Origin: Oopsacas minuta
Lineage: Eukaryota > Animalia > Porifera
DNA: 64,000 nucleotides
Direction of reading: 5' to 3'
Assembly: GCA_024704765.1 (NCBI GenBank)
Contig: JAKMXF010000177.1
Coordinates: 558,001 to 622,000, forward strand
Shown here piece after piece: positions 1 through 13,178 of this stretch; within the stretch, counting starts at the first letter, position 1, and every line of letters starts with the position of its first letter. Under the pieces are notes generated by a model. That model had not been told where the DNA came from and did no database searches. It was given only the letters and a program-made list of their open reading frames with translations. The position numbers and the translations under genes are program-made.

Positions 1-267
1 AAACGTATAAAACGTTACACGTGATTAATCTCAAAATAAGAGATTTTAGACTTGTTTATATCACATTATTATCAAGTATTATATAATTTGGCCAACTATG
101 CTGAGATTTCCCATTGATATTTCGAGAACTTCTGTTATCATGCAAATATTTAGTGCAGAAATCAGACCAATAGAAGTTACGTCACCAAAAATTGTAGATT
201 CAACGTAAAATACTTAAGATACAATACATTTTATATGTAATACATCTTCATTAAAAGACGAATTAAC

Positions 268-769
268 TAGTATAAATTGCTGAATGTAGTACTGTAACTT
301 CTCTCAAAATACATTCAAAAGGAAAGAAGAGAAAGATAGACAGCGAAACAGAAACTTTATCAATAGAATCAATTAAACTCAATGAGCCCCAAGAAAAGAT
401 CATGATTTCCGAGGAGCTGTGTCTTTTACCTGAGCCAGGTTTTGAATGTTTTGAATGTAAAATATTTGGAACCACGTAAACGACTGTAAAGGCTATCAAA
501 ATATGTAAATATAGCTAGAATTCTATAAATAATATTATAATCCAGATTATTGGTAATATATTGTAATATCAATACTCACAATACTACGTTTACATTCCAA
601 ACCTGGTTCAGGGAAAAACACAACACCTCCTCGGACATCGTGATCTTTTCTTGAGGCTCATTGAGTGTAATTGATTCTATTGATAAAGTTGCTATTTCGC
701 TGTCTATCTTTCTCTTCTTTCCTTTTGAATGTATTTTGAGAGATGTTACTTTCAGCCATATATACTAAG
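268..769. repeat. Inverted duplication, ~180-bp arms (268-449 / 592-769), ~140-bp spacer
   Basis: The reverse complement of 268-449 aligns by eye to 592-769 (e.g. GATCTTTTCTTG.GGCTCATTGAGT.TAATTGATTCTATTGATAAAGTT; TCGCTGTCTATCTTTCTCTTCTTTCCTTTTGAATGTATTTTGAGAGA) with scattered substitutions and small indels. Confidence 0.9.
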
Positions 770-869
770 TATATAGCTATGGCTATGTGGCAAATTGTAA
801 ATACCGAATGATAAATCATTTTAGTACTAAAAAATCAAGCAAATATATAGTTTGGTAAAGAACAAAATG

Positions 870-1470
870 CGTTGTTCCGTTATTGATGGAACTGGATCAA
901 TGGCCAATGATATTGATAGGGCCAGAATCTCGGTCAGACTATAAATTAGTAGCACAAAAAGGTGATAAATCTGTGTTTGCGATAGTGATTTATCGTGATC
1001 ATTGTGATGGTGATGATCTAATAGAGATGTTCCCAGTCGATTCCAGATTTACAATAAACCACCAGAGTGTACAAAATTTTCTTGAAGGCGTAAAGATATT
1101 TGGTGGAGGAGATGGTCCAGAGGCAGTGTTGGATGGACTAGCTATAGCAATCAACAAATTTACCCACTCAGATAACATATGACTCAGAAATATGATCATT
1201 CACATCTTCGACTCTCCCCCACATGGGGATTTCCCCAATTATAAATCACACAGCGCTGGTAGTGATAAACAAAACTGTTGTTGCTGTAACAAAGGTGGAT
1301 TGTGTGAATTTGAATGGGAAAGCGATGTCTGGGATACTATGCGAGAGTTGAAGATTGAATATAATGGGATAAATACAGGAATAATTAATTACTTGCGATG
1401 ATTACAGAGGATCTACTGAAGTTAAGATACCAGGTAAATATGAAATGGAGTGTTTTCAAAGAGCAAACTG
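870..1470 (+). pseudogene. vWA-domain gene remnant (DxTGS...YRDH...GGGDGPEAV...DSPPHG type)
   Basis: The MIDAS-like VIDGTGSMA is at 879-905 in one frame. A frameshift at ~940 leads into IVIYRDH and GGGDGPEAVLDGL (ORF 883-1182). An in-frame TGA at 1180-1182 precedes IIHIFDSPPHG (ORF 1192-1401), and further lesions follow. Confidence 0.75.
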
Positions 1471-1954
1471 GGAATGAATAGGATTGGAATAAAGTTTAAT
1501 CAGATTGAAGACTACAGAATCCTACAAGAAAATAACCGTGAAAAAATGATGAGGATTTGGAGCAAATTTTGGAGAGGAATATTAAATTATCATGCAAAAA
1601 CGGCAACCGAAATTACCCACATTCCCTATATCTTTTTAGAAAGTATTGAAATAGTTGGAATATTCTATTTTCGTATTTGTTAGGGTAATAGCTATGCCAT
1701 ATTGATGCAGTATTGACTTTCAATAAACCTTTATAACCAAACAAGCATTCATAAGTAAATACCAATTAAGCGCTTAAAGTGCATTTAATTATTTGATGCA
1801 AATAATACAACCCGGAATCTTAAAAGTGGAGGAAGTAGAGGGTACACAATTTATTTAGTTTAGACCACTAATGTATGTTCGAAAATTCGGACAAATCCCA
1901 AATATTGCCCGTACTTTTATGCCCAAGTGTTTTGCAATACTATCTTTAGTGAAT

Positions 1955-2342
1955 TACAAGGATGGGTTCGGTTAGCCGGTTAAGCGCGCTCTATCCAGTT
2001 GCTGCTAGGACAACATTGCTATTCGGTTAACCGAATAGCAATTTCCCAACCATTTATTCATAATTGCTAAGGTTTTAAGGGGTAAGAATATCTAAATACA
2101 CGAATTCTGCTAGTTAATAATTTTGAGATATTACATTTTAGCTCCGTATAACTAAATTCAGTAAATTTTAGATACAATCGAATCACGATTGTTTACATAA
2201 TAGCTATGTATTTATATTCCCAATATTAGTTACGTAACTTCATTCATTATATTAATAGAATACTACAGTGGTTAACCGGTTAACCGCTATTATCGAAAGG
2301 GTTTTAACCGCGCCCGAAATTCGGTTAACCAACCCCAGCCAT
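1955..2342. mobile_element. Degenerate MITE-like element with repeated CGGTTAACCG motifs
   Basis: The ends GGATGGGTTCGGTTAGCCG and CGGTTAACCAACCCCAGCC are imperfect inverted repeats, and GGTTAACC recurs internally. Confidence 0.45.
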
Positions 2343-2423
2343 AGCGAATTATTAGACTATATTTGACTTTTCTAATGTGCTTTAGCTCGACATTATCTAA
2401 ATTACTATAACTGGATTGTCCCT

Positions 2424-5400
2424 ATGTCTGGAGGTGGAAAATACTGGCAATATTGTGAAGATACAAAATGTGAATTCTGGAATGATTATCCTGATGGAAA
2501 ATATACAGTACTTGGTAGAAAATGTGAGGTTTGTGGTAAGACATTGATCACTGAGAAACCAACAGAAGTAAGTGGATCAAATATTCCTTCAAGTTCTAAT
2601 TCACTTCCATCATCTGGATCAAATGTTAGCACCCAACATACCCCAAATCAATCAGAAATTTCACATTGTGGTGAAGTTAGAAGTCTTAAAACCAATAAAG
2701 ATGTCTCAACAAAACCTATCGAAAATCTTAATTCTGAGGTGAGAAAGGAAACTATAGACACCGCGCAGTGTAAAACAGAGAGTAGTACTACCTCAGAATA
2801 TGGCTCTCGTACTCAAGTGGCCGAATCTTATAGAGTTCCTGCTGATGTTGTAGGTAATACTATGCCAATTCTGTCTTCACATGATGGTGATAAAGGACTT
2901 CCTTATTCTTCTACAGCTGGCAACAACAACAACAACAACACAAATACCTCAGAATCAGAAACACATATTACTCGTGAGAATGAATCCCATACTGATAATT
3001 CTTCACTTCATTTTAAAAGGGTTACTGATACAAATCCATTACCCAAGAGTCCTAAAGGAAATATGTCTTGTGAAACAAATATGAATCAACAAGCTGGTAA
3101 AAGTGGATTGAATAATCAATTGAAAAGGAAAAGATCAAATACTGAAGCTAATCAACCTGCCAAAACACAACCTTTGGGCAAAGAAGATGAATCTATACAT
3201 ACAACCTCTCAACCTCTTCCAGATAGACCTTATATCCTAAGTCAAATGGATCCAAATGAGACCCGATATTTTAATATACATTTCTATACTCTAATATTAA
3301 AGGAATATTGGAAGAACATTTATGCGATATGTCTTCGAATAAGTGGCAAGTATTTCAATAATTTTCAAACTTCTATTGTGCAATTTCATAAATTCAGTGA
3401 GGTTGAATTACAGTCTGGTACATTTGTAATAATTGAAGGCACTCTAAGATTCCCAATATCTGCTATTCATCAATCTAAAATCTGCTTTGCATACAAATAT
3501 TATTTGTATTTACAAGATGGACAAGGAAATTACGAGAATTTACATCATCATAGTGATGTAAATCGATATTTTAATCTGAAGTTTGATGATAATGAGCGAA
3601 AAGAACGAATAGTTGGTCACTCATATCAACACTATGATATCATGATACTCCCAGATACTCGAAAAAAAGAATCTTCATCATTTTGGTCGAATATCATGAG
3701 CACTGTTTCCTACTACACCACATCCAAGGGAGGGGATATTCCCTTCTATAATATTAATGAAAGAAAACTAATATCACTCCAAGTATTATTACCAAAATAC
3801 TATCAATTGGGTCACTTAATGCCATGTACTTTATTGAAAGATTTCATTTCCAAATTTATCTTTGAAATAAATAAATTTGTCTACTTCTATGTCCAAGATT
3901 ACCAGGGATATCATAGTTCCTATATTTGGTATAGCTATGACAATCAAAACTATACATCAAAATTACCTGAAGAATGGATAATCGCCACTTCCATGCCTGA
4001 TAATTATGTTACAATGGATCCGATATCTATCATCCACTTGTTCTACTCTGCTTGCTATCTTTTGGAATATTATAACATCGATAATGATGTTGTTATTGCC
4101 AATCTGATTAATATGATCGAGGATTCAATAGTAAACATTTTGATGACAGAGAGCTATATTTTAACCACAGCGTTTCTTTCAAGACAGAATTTCGAGATAT
4201 TCTTCTATCCTCTATTCGCGACTTTATATTTAGTAAAGTTAACAGAAGTAAATATCGTCAAAGATTTTTCCCACTGGTTCTCATTTACCATAAAATTTGT
4301 ATTTCTCAAGAGTATGATGTATTACATGAAGCTTTATCCTATAATAAAAGTGAGTATTGGGGATTTCCTAAAGAAGAAACGTTATGCTGTCAAAGTGAAC
4401 TCCCATTTGATTCTTGTAAACCTATCCTTGGATTAGCAAAGTATGATAAACTACTTCCATACAGTATAGTGATATATACACTCAATGAGAAAAATGCAAG
4501 TCGTATTTGCCAGCATTTTTTTAATGATACTCAAAACTGTCCTTTATCTGCTATAATGAGTGCATTGTTGTTCCGTTTATTTCATTCAAGTAAAAAGAAT
4601 GTGAACAATAGTGGTGTAAAATATAATGAAAAGTTAGTTACAGAGGTTCTGAAATCCCTCCGTGATGGTTTCTTGAATGATGAACTTAAATTAGAGACGA
4701 AAGATGTCAACCGTTTGATCAGATTAACCTTGGCTCTCACTAACAATCTCCCGTATAATTATTTTAATGAAGAACAATTTCAACTCTGCTTGCAACTACT
4801 TTCTCGAGGTATATCATACTGGGATAATCATCAACCTAATACCCCTCGAATTAACATCCAAAATCTTTTTAGTTCTTTCATTCCAAATTGGTATTCTCAT
4901 CATTACTATGGAAAACCTAAACAGCATTTCTCCAATTTTCTTCCTGAGATCAAGTTTTGGGAGCAGATACTCTTCAATATTCAATTTCCCAATTATTACA
5001 AATTCGATTCTATTATTGAGGAGTTATTAACTAAAAGATTTAGTGACCGGAACATTCCACAACAATCCATTATAGATCTTTTCATTAATCTTCACAATAT
5101 CAAGAGCCAGTCATCTCTCTTACAAGACATATTTCTTAAAGAACTTACATCACGATTACAAGTCAAATCTGCTGACAGATCTAATTGCATCAAACAATTA
5201 TCACAACAATTGACAGATCCTAACCAACTTCCCAAACTAAAAACAATTTTTACTAAGATATTGCTTGACGAAGAAAGAGGCTTTAATGAAAATCCAATAA
5301 AGCACTTTGTTAATTGGAATTCATGGGATACTTATTTTAGACTGCTTGATTCCGAAAATATTCATCAAATACTCTCCCCGCAAGCAAAAGAACTGCTCGA

Positions 5401-8400
5401 TATGGCTTCAGTACAACTTTGCACTGTTATTGAACAAATTACAAAACTCACAATAACTGGTGAAGATCTGTCAAGAATACACGATAATTCCCAGCGTTTC
5501 CTTGATCTTTTCTTTATTGTTAAAAATTCTGAATCTCTTAACCAACAATTTTCAATGGCGGATGATATCAAAGCTAAAATGGATCAATGCCTGGAAATGA
5601 ATAAGTGGATTCTACAACAGCAAAATTTTCTCTTTATATTTAATGAGTTCCTGGAAGAATTACGAAATATTCACCATGAAAATATATCTGCATTTTTAAG
5701 TCTTGATCTAGGAAAGGAAAGCATAAACAGTATTTGTAATAGGAAAGAAAATGGGCACTCATTTGCATATTCAGATGAGATTAATGCAATTATTGAGTTT
5801 CCATTATTTCCGTCTATTTGCCAAATGTGTACCAAACTATCAAAATCTAGAATAATTATTGGATATTTTAACGAGTTTATTAGTAAGAACAGAGATATAC
5901 AAGATGGTCCGTATAAAATGAATATTTTCTATGGAGAAATTTGGATTCCTGCAATGAAATTTTCTGAAAATACTTTACACGAATTAATCAATCAAACTAT
6001 GTTGATATCTAAAATGTGCGAATATTTCACATCTACTGATACTATTGAGGAAATTATGAAGGAGTTGGTCGCGCTGAACAATGGATGTAATCAAAGTGAT
6101 ATTCAAGTTAACAATTTCCTCATGCCCTGTGCAGAGAAAATTAGGCAATATTTCGATCTTCAGCAATGCTCTGATGGCGCTAAAATCATAATTCAGCTTA
6201 AAAATGCCTTCTCTATTCGAGGAAATTTTGAAATAGTAGAAGGTTTGGGAAACATAAAACTTACATTTCAATCCAAGGAACTGAGTAGTGTAGATTCAAA
6301 AGTCAGTGATACAGCTAGATACCTCTCTAGTTTAACTAATTCCAATCTTGAAGTTATTAAAGCTATAATTGATAAAATTGAGTTCATCAAGTGGATACAA
6401 ACAAATTTGAAAGATATTAATGAACTGAAAACTTTCATTGATATATCCTTAACAACCTGTGGAGGAAATCCAGTGGATGTAGACAGGATAACTTGTCTCA
6501 GTTCCGTATGTACTAATTTTGCTCCTCTCATATTTCAAGTCGATGAAAACACCAGCTACGAGACTCTAATTGATAGATGTAAACAAGTGATTGAGAGTGT
6601 AGAGAGGAACAAAGAGCTAACTGAGCTACTCAGACAGGTGGGTGAGAATGTTACTTTATGGGAAGAAATGAAACAATCTCATGGATCAGTTGAAGAGACA
6701 ACACTAGTGCAGTTAGATAGCATTATCAAATCTGGAGTGTTGTGTTTGAAGGTTGGAGATTCACTCAATGTCTCTGATGTAGTGAGTTTAAGTGTAGACA
6801 GAGAAAATGATGAGAAAAGAATTTACACTCTAGAACAGTTGAGAGAGTTTCGTAGCAAACTTATGCTAGTAGTTAGCAAATTTGAACAACCAAGAGCCGA
6901 TGTCAATACGAATAGTTATGAGAATTCTCAATTATTTACTCATAAATTAGACACCATTACTGAGATTGCAACTATTGTAATTAAATTAGCAGAAAGTGGT
7001 AATCAGAGTTATATAAACTACAAACTGACTTCAAATTTTAGTGAGGAAAGGGAAATACTAGTAGAACATGAGAATCATGTCAAAGGCTTGATTGGAAAAT
7101 GGAAACTAAAAGTTGAAGAAGTTCGTGCTACACATTATTATTTGAATTACTATACCATAGCCCAGATTGTATCTCTCCAAAAAGGAGTTAACTCTTTTAT
7201 TGCAGATAGAGAAGATAGAGAATTAGAACAGCTTTATCATTTGCTGAGACTTCTTAATCCTGAAGTTACTAAAGAGGATATACAACAAGCATTGAAGCAA
7301 CCTAAAATTAGTCATTTACACAATTCAATCAGTAGAACCAACTCTACTAAAGGTTCTCCGGGCCATGCTAAACAATCATTATTCGAAACCATGCAATTAT
7401 CTGAATCTTTTTGTAACAAACCAAAACATTCATCCGAATCAATGAATGTAATAAAAGTGAAACATTGTTTCCGAATAGTTTTGGAATGACAGAGATAGAA
7501 CTTGCTAAAAGTGTGAGTGAAAAAGCTGAATACGATTTAAAACTAACCATAAAGGGTATCGTTGAGATTCAAAAGACAGAAATTGTTACGGAAGATTCTT
7601 TGGTAGAATGGTGTATACTACATGATGATGATGTCGATTCAGAGTCAAATAATGACGAATCATTATTTCAGTCAGAAATTGTATCACCTACTCATACAAT
7701 CGTCTCACCTTCATGTATCACTGAGACACTATCAAATTCAGATTTGTCTTCTCCTGAACAAACATCAGACTTTTATCAATTAGGAAATTTCCTTGAAGAG
7801 ATTTTTAGATCATGTGGAACTAAAATGAGAGCTGAGAGACAATTACCCTATAACTTAAAACCAGGAACTCCAAATCTAGTAGTGATACCTTCACAAATGA
7901 TCTTAGAATTCGTTCTTTCTCTTTACATGAGTGATAACGATAAGTTACCCTTACCTTACTATCATGAAGTATTGATATGTACTGCTCAGACCAAAATTGA
8001 AGAGATAGATATTTTTTGGAGAAGAGCCATGATTAATGCTGACAAGAATTACATGTATATATTTTGTTTGGTTAATGTTGAAAGTCTGAACTACGAAGTA
8101 GCAGTTCTTGCTGTTTCTAAATTTAAAATTAAATTACAAGAGTATGATAATCGGCGAAGCAAGGAAAATGAAACTTATTTGTACAAACTTGTATTGGTCT
8201 GTTCAGAAGAAAAAGAAGCATATTCATATGTAGCTTCTGCATTTGAAGATTCAAAGATACCAATTCTTCATCAAATCAAACTGAAGAAATACAAAATTAC
8301 TTGTATCGAAGACTTACTGCCATTCACCGTCGTACTACACTCAATAAGGGAGAATCAGCATGGGAGGTTGATGATAAGAAATCTAGAGTTAGATTTGTAG

Positions 8401-11400
8401 TATCAGATAGTGTAGGAGCAGGTAAATCTTTGAAAATTCAAAAGATTCAGTCAGATATATTGACGCATGATATAGTCCGTGAGGATGAGATAGAACAAGC
8501 AGCTGTCACTGTAGCTATTCACGGGAAGCAAGCTTCGGAGGAACATCTAGCTGAACAGCTACTGAGTAGGAACATTTGTGGAATGGAACATGGAGTAATG
8601 TTCCATGTAGATATTGCTTCTACCGTTCAGTGGGGTCTAGAACCAATACTCTTTAAGTTACTTGTATTAGGTGGTATCAGCAAGAGTACAGGTGAGTTCT
8701 GGCACTGTAGACACAAAGATTACTATGTTGTCGAAATAACATTAACCTCTGATCAGGATGCTTTAGCGAAATTTTCTCGACTTTTCCCAAGTATACAGTG
8801 CGTTCAACCTTCTGATGTGCTTGGATTCGCTGGTAATATTGATACACAAATCATCGATTTGGCTGAATTGAGAAGTGAACAGTATCAGAGAGTTAATGCG
8901 TATTTGGAGAGATCAGGGGATATTACAGAATTGGATAGTTTCCTTTTTCAGTCATCTACATCAAATAGGGGAGTCTCTCCTATTGACACAATGGCAAGAA
9001 TCATACAGCATTGTGATATTGTCCAGCCATCTTGGGCTGAATTAAGAAATTTCGTATCATTTCTTGATAAGCAACTTTATGATTGCGACAATTCAGATTA
9101 TTGCAAATTTGCAGCAATGGGCAATGAATGGAAAGGTTTTAAAAATTTCGTTGTCAACTTCATGATTCACATGTCGAAGGATTTTGCTACACCTTCCCTC
9201 AAAGCGGAAAATAGACAATCCATGAATGACGAACTGAACATGCCTGAACTCATTGATCAGCGAAGATGGGAGAATAATTCACACCCATATATATTTTTCA
9301 ATCCAGATAAACATACAATGACATTCCTAGGATTCCACATTTCAAAACAAGGACACTTACTAGACTCTGAAAATCCATCAACCACAATACGGGAAAATAT
9401 AATTAATCCTAATCTCGTTGAGTTATTGCACGCGAACGGAGTTAAATTTCGAGAAGATTATAATAAACTAACTAAAATAGAAAAGGTTATAAAAATGGCT
9501 GGCGTTATGGACTTAGACTTATTAACAGATCCAGATCCTGGTTATGTTTTGACTCTCGACAATATGAGGAAGATTCTAGCTATCGTGATGCGATTCCGTT
9601 GCAACATACCAGTAGTGATTATGGGAGAGACAGGCTGTGGAAAGACACGTCTCATTCAGTTCATGTGTTCATTACAAGCTTTAGAGACGGGAGCTACTAA
9701 CATGTTAATACTGAAAGTACATGGTGGTACTACTGAAAAGGATGTAATGACTAAAGTAGAAGAAGCTGAGGTGCTAGCTATGAAGAATTTCCGTGAGCAC
9801 GATATTGATACAGTATTGTTTTTTGATGAAGCTAACACTAGTCCAGCCATTGGTCTAATCAAAGAGATTATGTGTGACAGGAGAATGTACGGTAGACATA
9901 TTCGTAGCGACATTAGACTACAGTTCATTGCAGCTTGTAATCCTTATCGTAGACACACAAAGGAGATGTTGAACAAGCTGAGTACTGCTGGCCTTGGATT
10001 CTTCACCAAATCAAGTGAGACCACGGATAGACTAGGAGACATTCCTCTCCGTGAGTTAGTATACAGGGTTATGGAGCTTCCTGCTAGTCTGCGTCCGTTG
10101 GTGTGGGATTTCGGTCAACTTAGTAACAACATAGAGAACACTTACACACGTGAGATAGTAGTAAAATACCTCCGAGATCATAACAGTCCAATACAAGCAC
10201 GTGATGACATAGTAGATGTGATTAGTAGTGTACTTGCTGGTGCTCAGTGCTATATGAGAGAGAGGAAGGATGAGTGCAGCTTTGTGAGTTTGCGAGATAT
10301 AGAGAGAGCTATGCGAGTCATGCTTTGGTTCTTTGATGTACTAGACTTTTTTCAACCTGATGATACAGTGTCTGAATACGAATACCAAGGCAATGCGAAT
10401 TCTGACGATAATAGTATTGATTCTGAAGGTTCTCTTGAACTTGGTTCACCTGACGATGACATTCAGAATCTTATTCGCATCCATGATATCCTACCTGTTT
10501 CTATGATAGTCACAAAAAGTAATCTACAGACCAAGTCAATCAATCAGATTGACTACATAACATACAGTCTTATTCTGTCATTAGCTGTTTGCTACAGAGC
10601 CAAACTTCAAGAAAGAGAAGAATTTGATCTTAAAATTGTAGGGCTTTTTCAACATCCTCTCACGCCAATCAAAGATCACTTGATTATTCATAAAGAGGTT
10701 GACAGATGTCAACAGCTGATACTAGATGAGATGACTGTAGGTGCTAATATCGCTAAGAATAATGCTCTGAAAGAGAATGTATTTATGATGTTTGTGTGTA
10801 TTGAACTTAAGATTCCACTTTTCGTCATTGGTAAGCCAGGTAGCTCCAAATCTCTTGCAAAATCTATCATTTCAAACTCTATGCAAGGAAGCCGTAGTCC
10901 AGATTACAGCATTTTACGACATTTCAAAGAAGTTCAGATTATGTCATATCAATGCAGTCAGCTGTCTACTGCAGAGGGAATAATTGGAGTGTTCAAGAGT
11001 TGTAAGAACTTGCAACGCAAGACAGGAAGTAACAAGTTTGCCGCATGTGTTGTCCTGGATGAAGTAGGTTTAGCAGAAGATTCACCACTTCTTCCTCTTA
11101 AAGTACTTCATCCTCTCCTTGAAGATAACGATTATGAGTCTGAAGAAATAGAAAAAATGTCTGAACAAGACGAGCTTAAGACAAAAGAAATACATATTCC
11201 AGTGAGTGAGGAAAAAAAGCCGAGTAAAGTCGAGTTTGATGATATGAAAGATCGTGTAGCATTTATAGGCATTTCTAACTGGTCTCTTGATCCTGCCAAA
11301 ATGAATAGAGGTATTATGGTAGCGAGAGGAGATCCTGATGTAGATGAATTAATCGCGAGTGCTGAAGGAATATGTAAGTTTGATTCTCAAAGCGGTAAAC

Positions 11401-13178
11401 GATCCAAGAGTATACAAGTACAAATATCAAACTTGTCGCAAGCTTATCATAAGCTTACCCTCGACAAAACTGAGGTAGTAGGAGTTTCTCAAAATCGAGA
11501 ATATTACGGACTGAGAGATTTTTATAGTCTCATTAAAATGCTCGTTTTCATATGCAATGAATACAAAACCTTATTGTCACCTGGTATTTTGGAACATGCT
11601 GTCAAAAGAAACTTTGGTGGTATGACATGTGTAGATCCAGTCAAGATATTCAACGATATTGTTAAAATCCCTAGAAAAGACACTAACCAATGTCCAGATT
11701 CTTCTCCACTTGGATTGATCAGAGCAAACCTGACTAATCTTTCTCGCTCTTACCACGGTGAAACTCGTTACTTACTACTACTCACTGAGAACTATGCTGC
11801 TCTTAACATCTTGTTACGTTCACAAGACATGTGGCCAAAACTGCAGGATATTAGAAATATCCGTGTCATATTTGGATCTAGCTTTCCATGTGATCAGGAG
11901 TACTCTGCAGTTTGTCGTAACATCAATAGGATAAAGGTGTGCATGGAATCTGGTAAAACTATAATTTTGTTGAATCTTGAGAACCTCTATGAATCTCTGT
12001 ATGATGCTCTGAATCAGTACTACATGGAAATGAACAATCAAAGATATGTAGATCTGGGGTTAGGTACCCATCGAATGAAGTGTCGTGTTCACAACGAATT
12101 CAAACTAATTGTAGTTGCAGACACAGAGACCGTACAGGAGAGATTTCCTACTCCTCTAATCAATAGACTTGAGAAACATTTTCTAACTATGTCCACGGTT
12201 TTATCTGAAGATGAAATGATAATATCAAAATCCCTAACTGAATGGGCTAACGATTTCTCAACGTTAGATAAGGATCGATCACTAGGATTTCAACAGAGGG
12301 GCAGTTTTACAATAGGTGACTGTTTTATTGGATATCATGACGATACTTCTTCTTCCATTGTGTTCCACTTAATGAAGGAGATGTATCCAGCTAATACAAC
12401 TTCCTATACAAATGATAATTTTGTGGATGTGTTTGAAAGATGTAAAACACTATTATTAAGAATGGCAACTACTGATGCAGTGTTTCGTGTTAAGAACAGT
12501 TCTCTGTCTTGTCAATATGAAGAAATTATTAATAAATATTTTAAATCATGTCAAAGTAGTCTTGAAGGATACCTGAGGGAAGCACTCAAATGTACTCAAA
12601 TATGTGGAAATGTAACAGCTGAACTTAATGAAATAGTATCAAATGGTACAGGAGCACATCTCACACTCGCTACAACTCATTCCCGACTCCTGACAGAAAA
12701 AGATGTAGATCAGTTGAAAGAATGTCTCTCCACAGACTCAGACACTGATACAATTGAGATAACAAGTATCTCTCTACAACAGTTCCAGACAGAGCAACAA
12801 TACACTTGTGAGATTCAGAAGTTCTTGAGAGGGGAAACAGAGATTGAAACAAAGGAAGGTATACACAGAAAGATATTGCTTGTTCAGTGTGAGAGAGGGG
12901 CAGACAATGCTAAACTGATTGCTTGTGCTCGTCATAAGGCAGTAGATGAGTTGAAGGATTGGAGAGAAGAGAAAGGAGAATATATGTTTGAGGTATGTTT
13001 GGTATTCTTGATTCAGCTGAGTAGAGAAGCACATGGGAGTAAGTTTATCAGTTTTTGTGGAGGAGACTGGAACACAGTACACATTGATGATATCCGTTCT
13101 TTTGACAGCATACATATGCTTCCTATCTCTGATCTTATTAGAAAACAAATCTATCAAGTATTCGGTGGTTATAATTTG
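2424..13178 (+). CDS. RNF213: RNF213-like exon 1 (10.75 kb: N-arm, stalk, AAA+ core), split across ORFs 2424-4436, 4469-7489, 7465-8400 and 8301-13268 by three -1 shifts
   Basis: Each downstream frame is open before the upstream one closes. One added base restores continuity at AACATTTTGAT (~4138), CCAAAACATTC (~7423) and ATCAAACTGAA (~8278). The exon ends at TTG/GTGAGT (13178). Confidence 0.88.

Noticed and set aside
4100-8300. Programmed -1 ribosomal frameshifting in RNF213 exon 1
   Set aside because: There is no X XXY YYZ heptamer with a downstream structure at the three sites, and three serial events would give negligible full-length product. Indel error is simpler.
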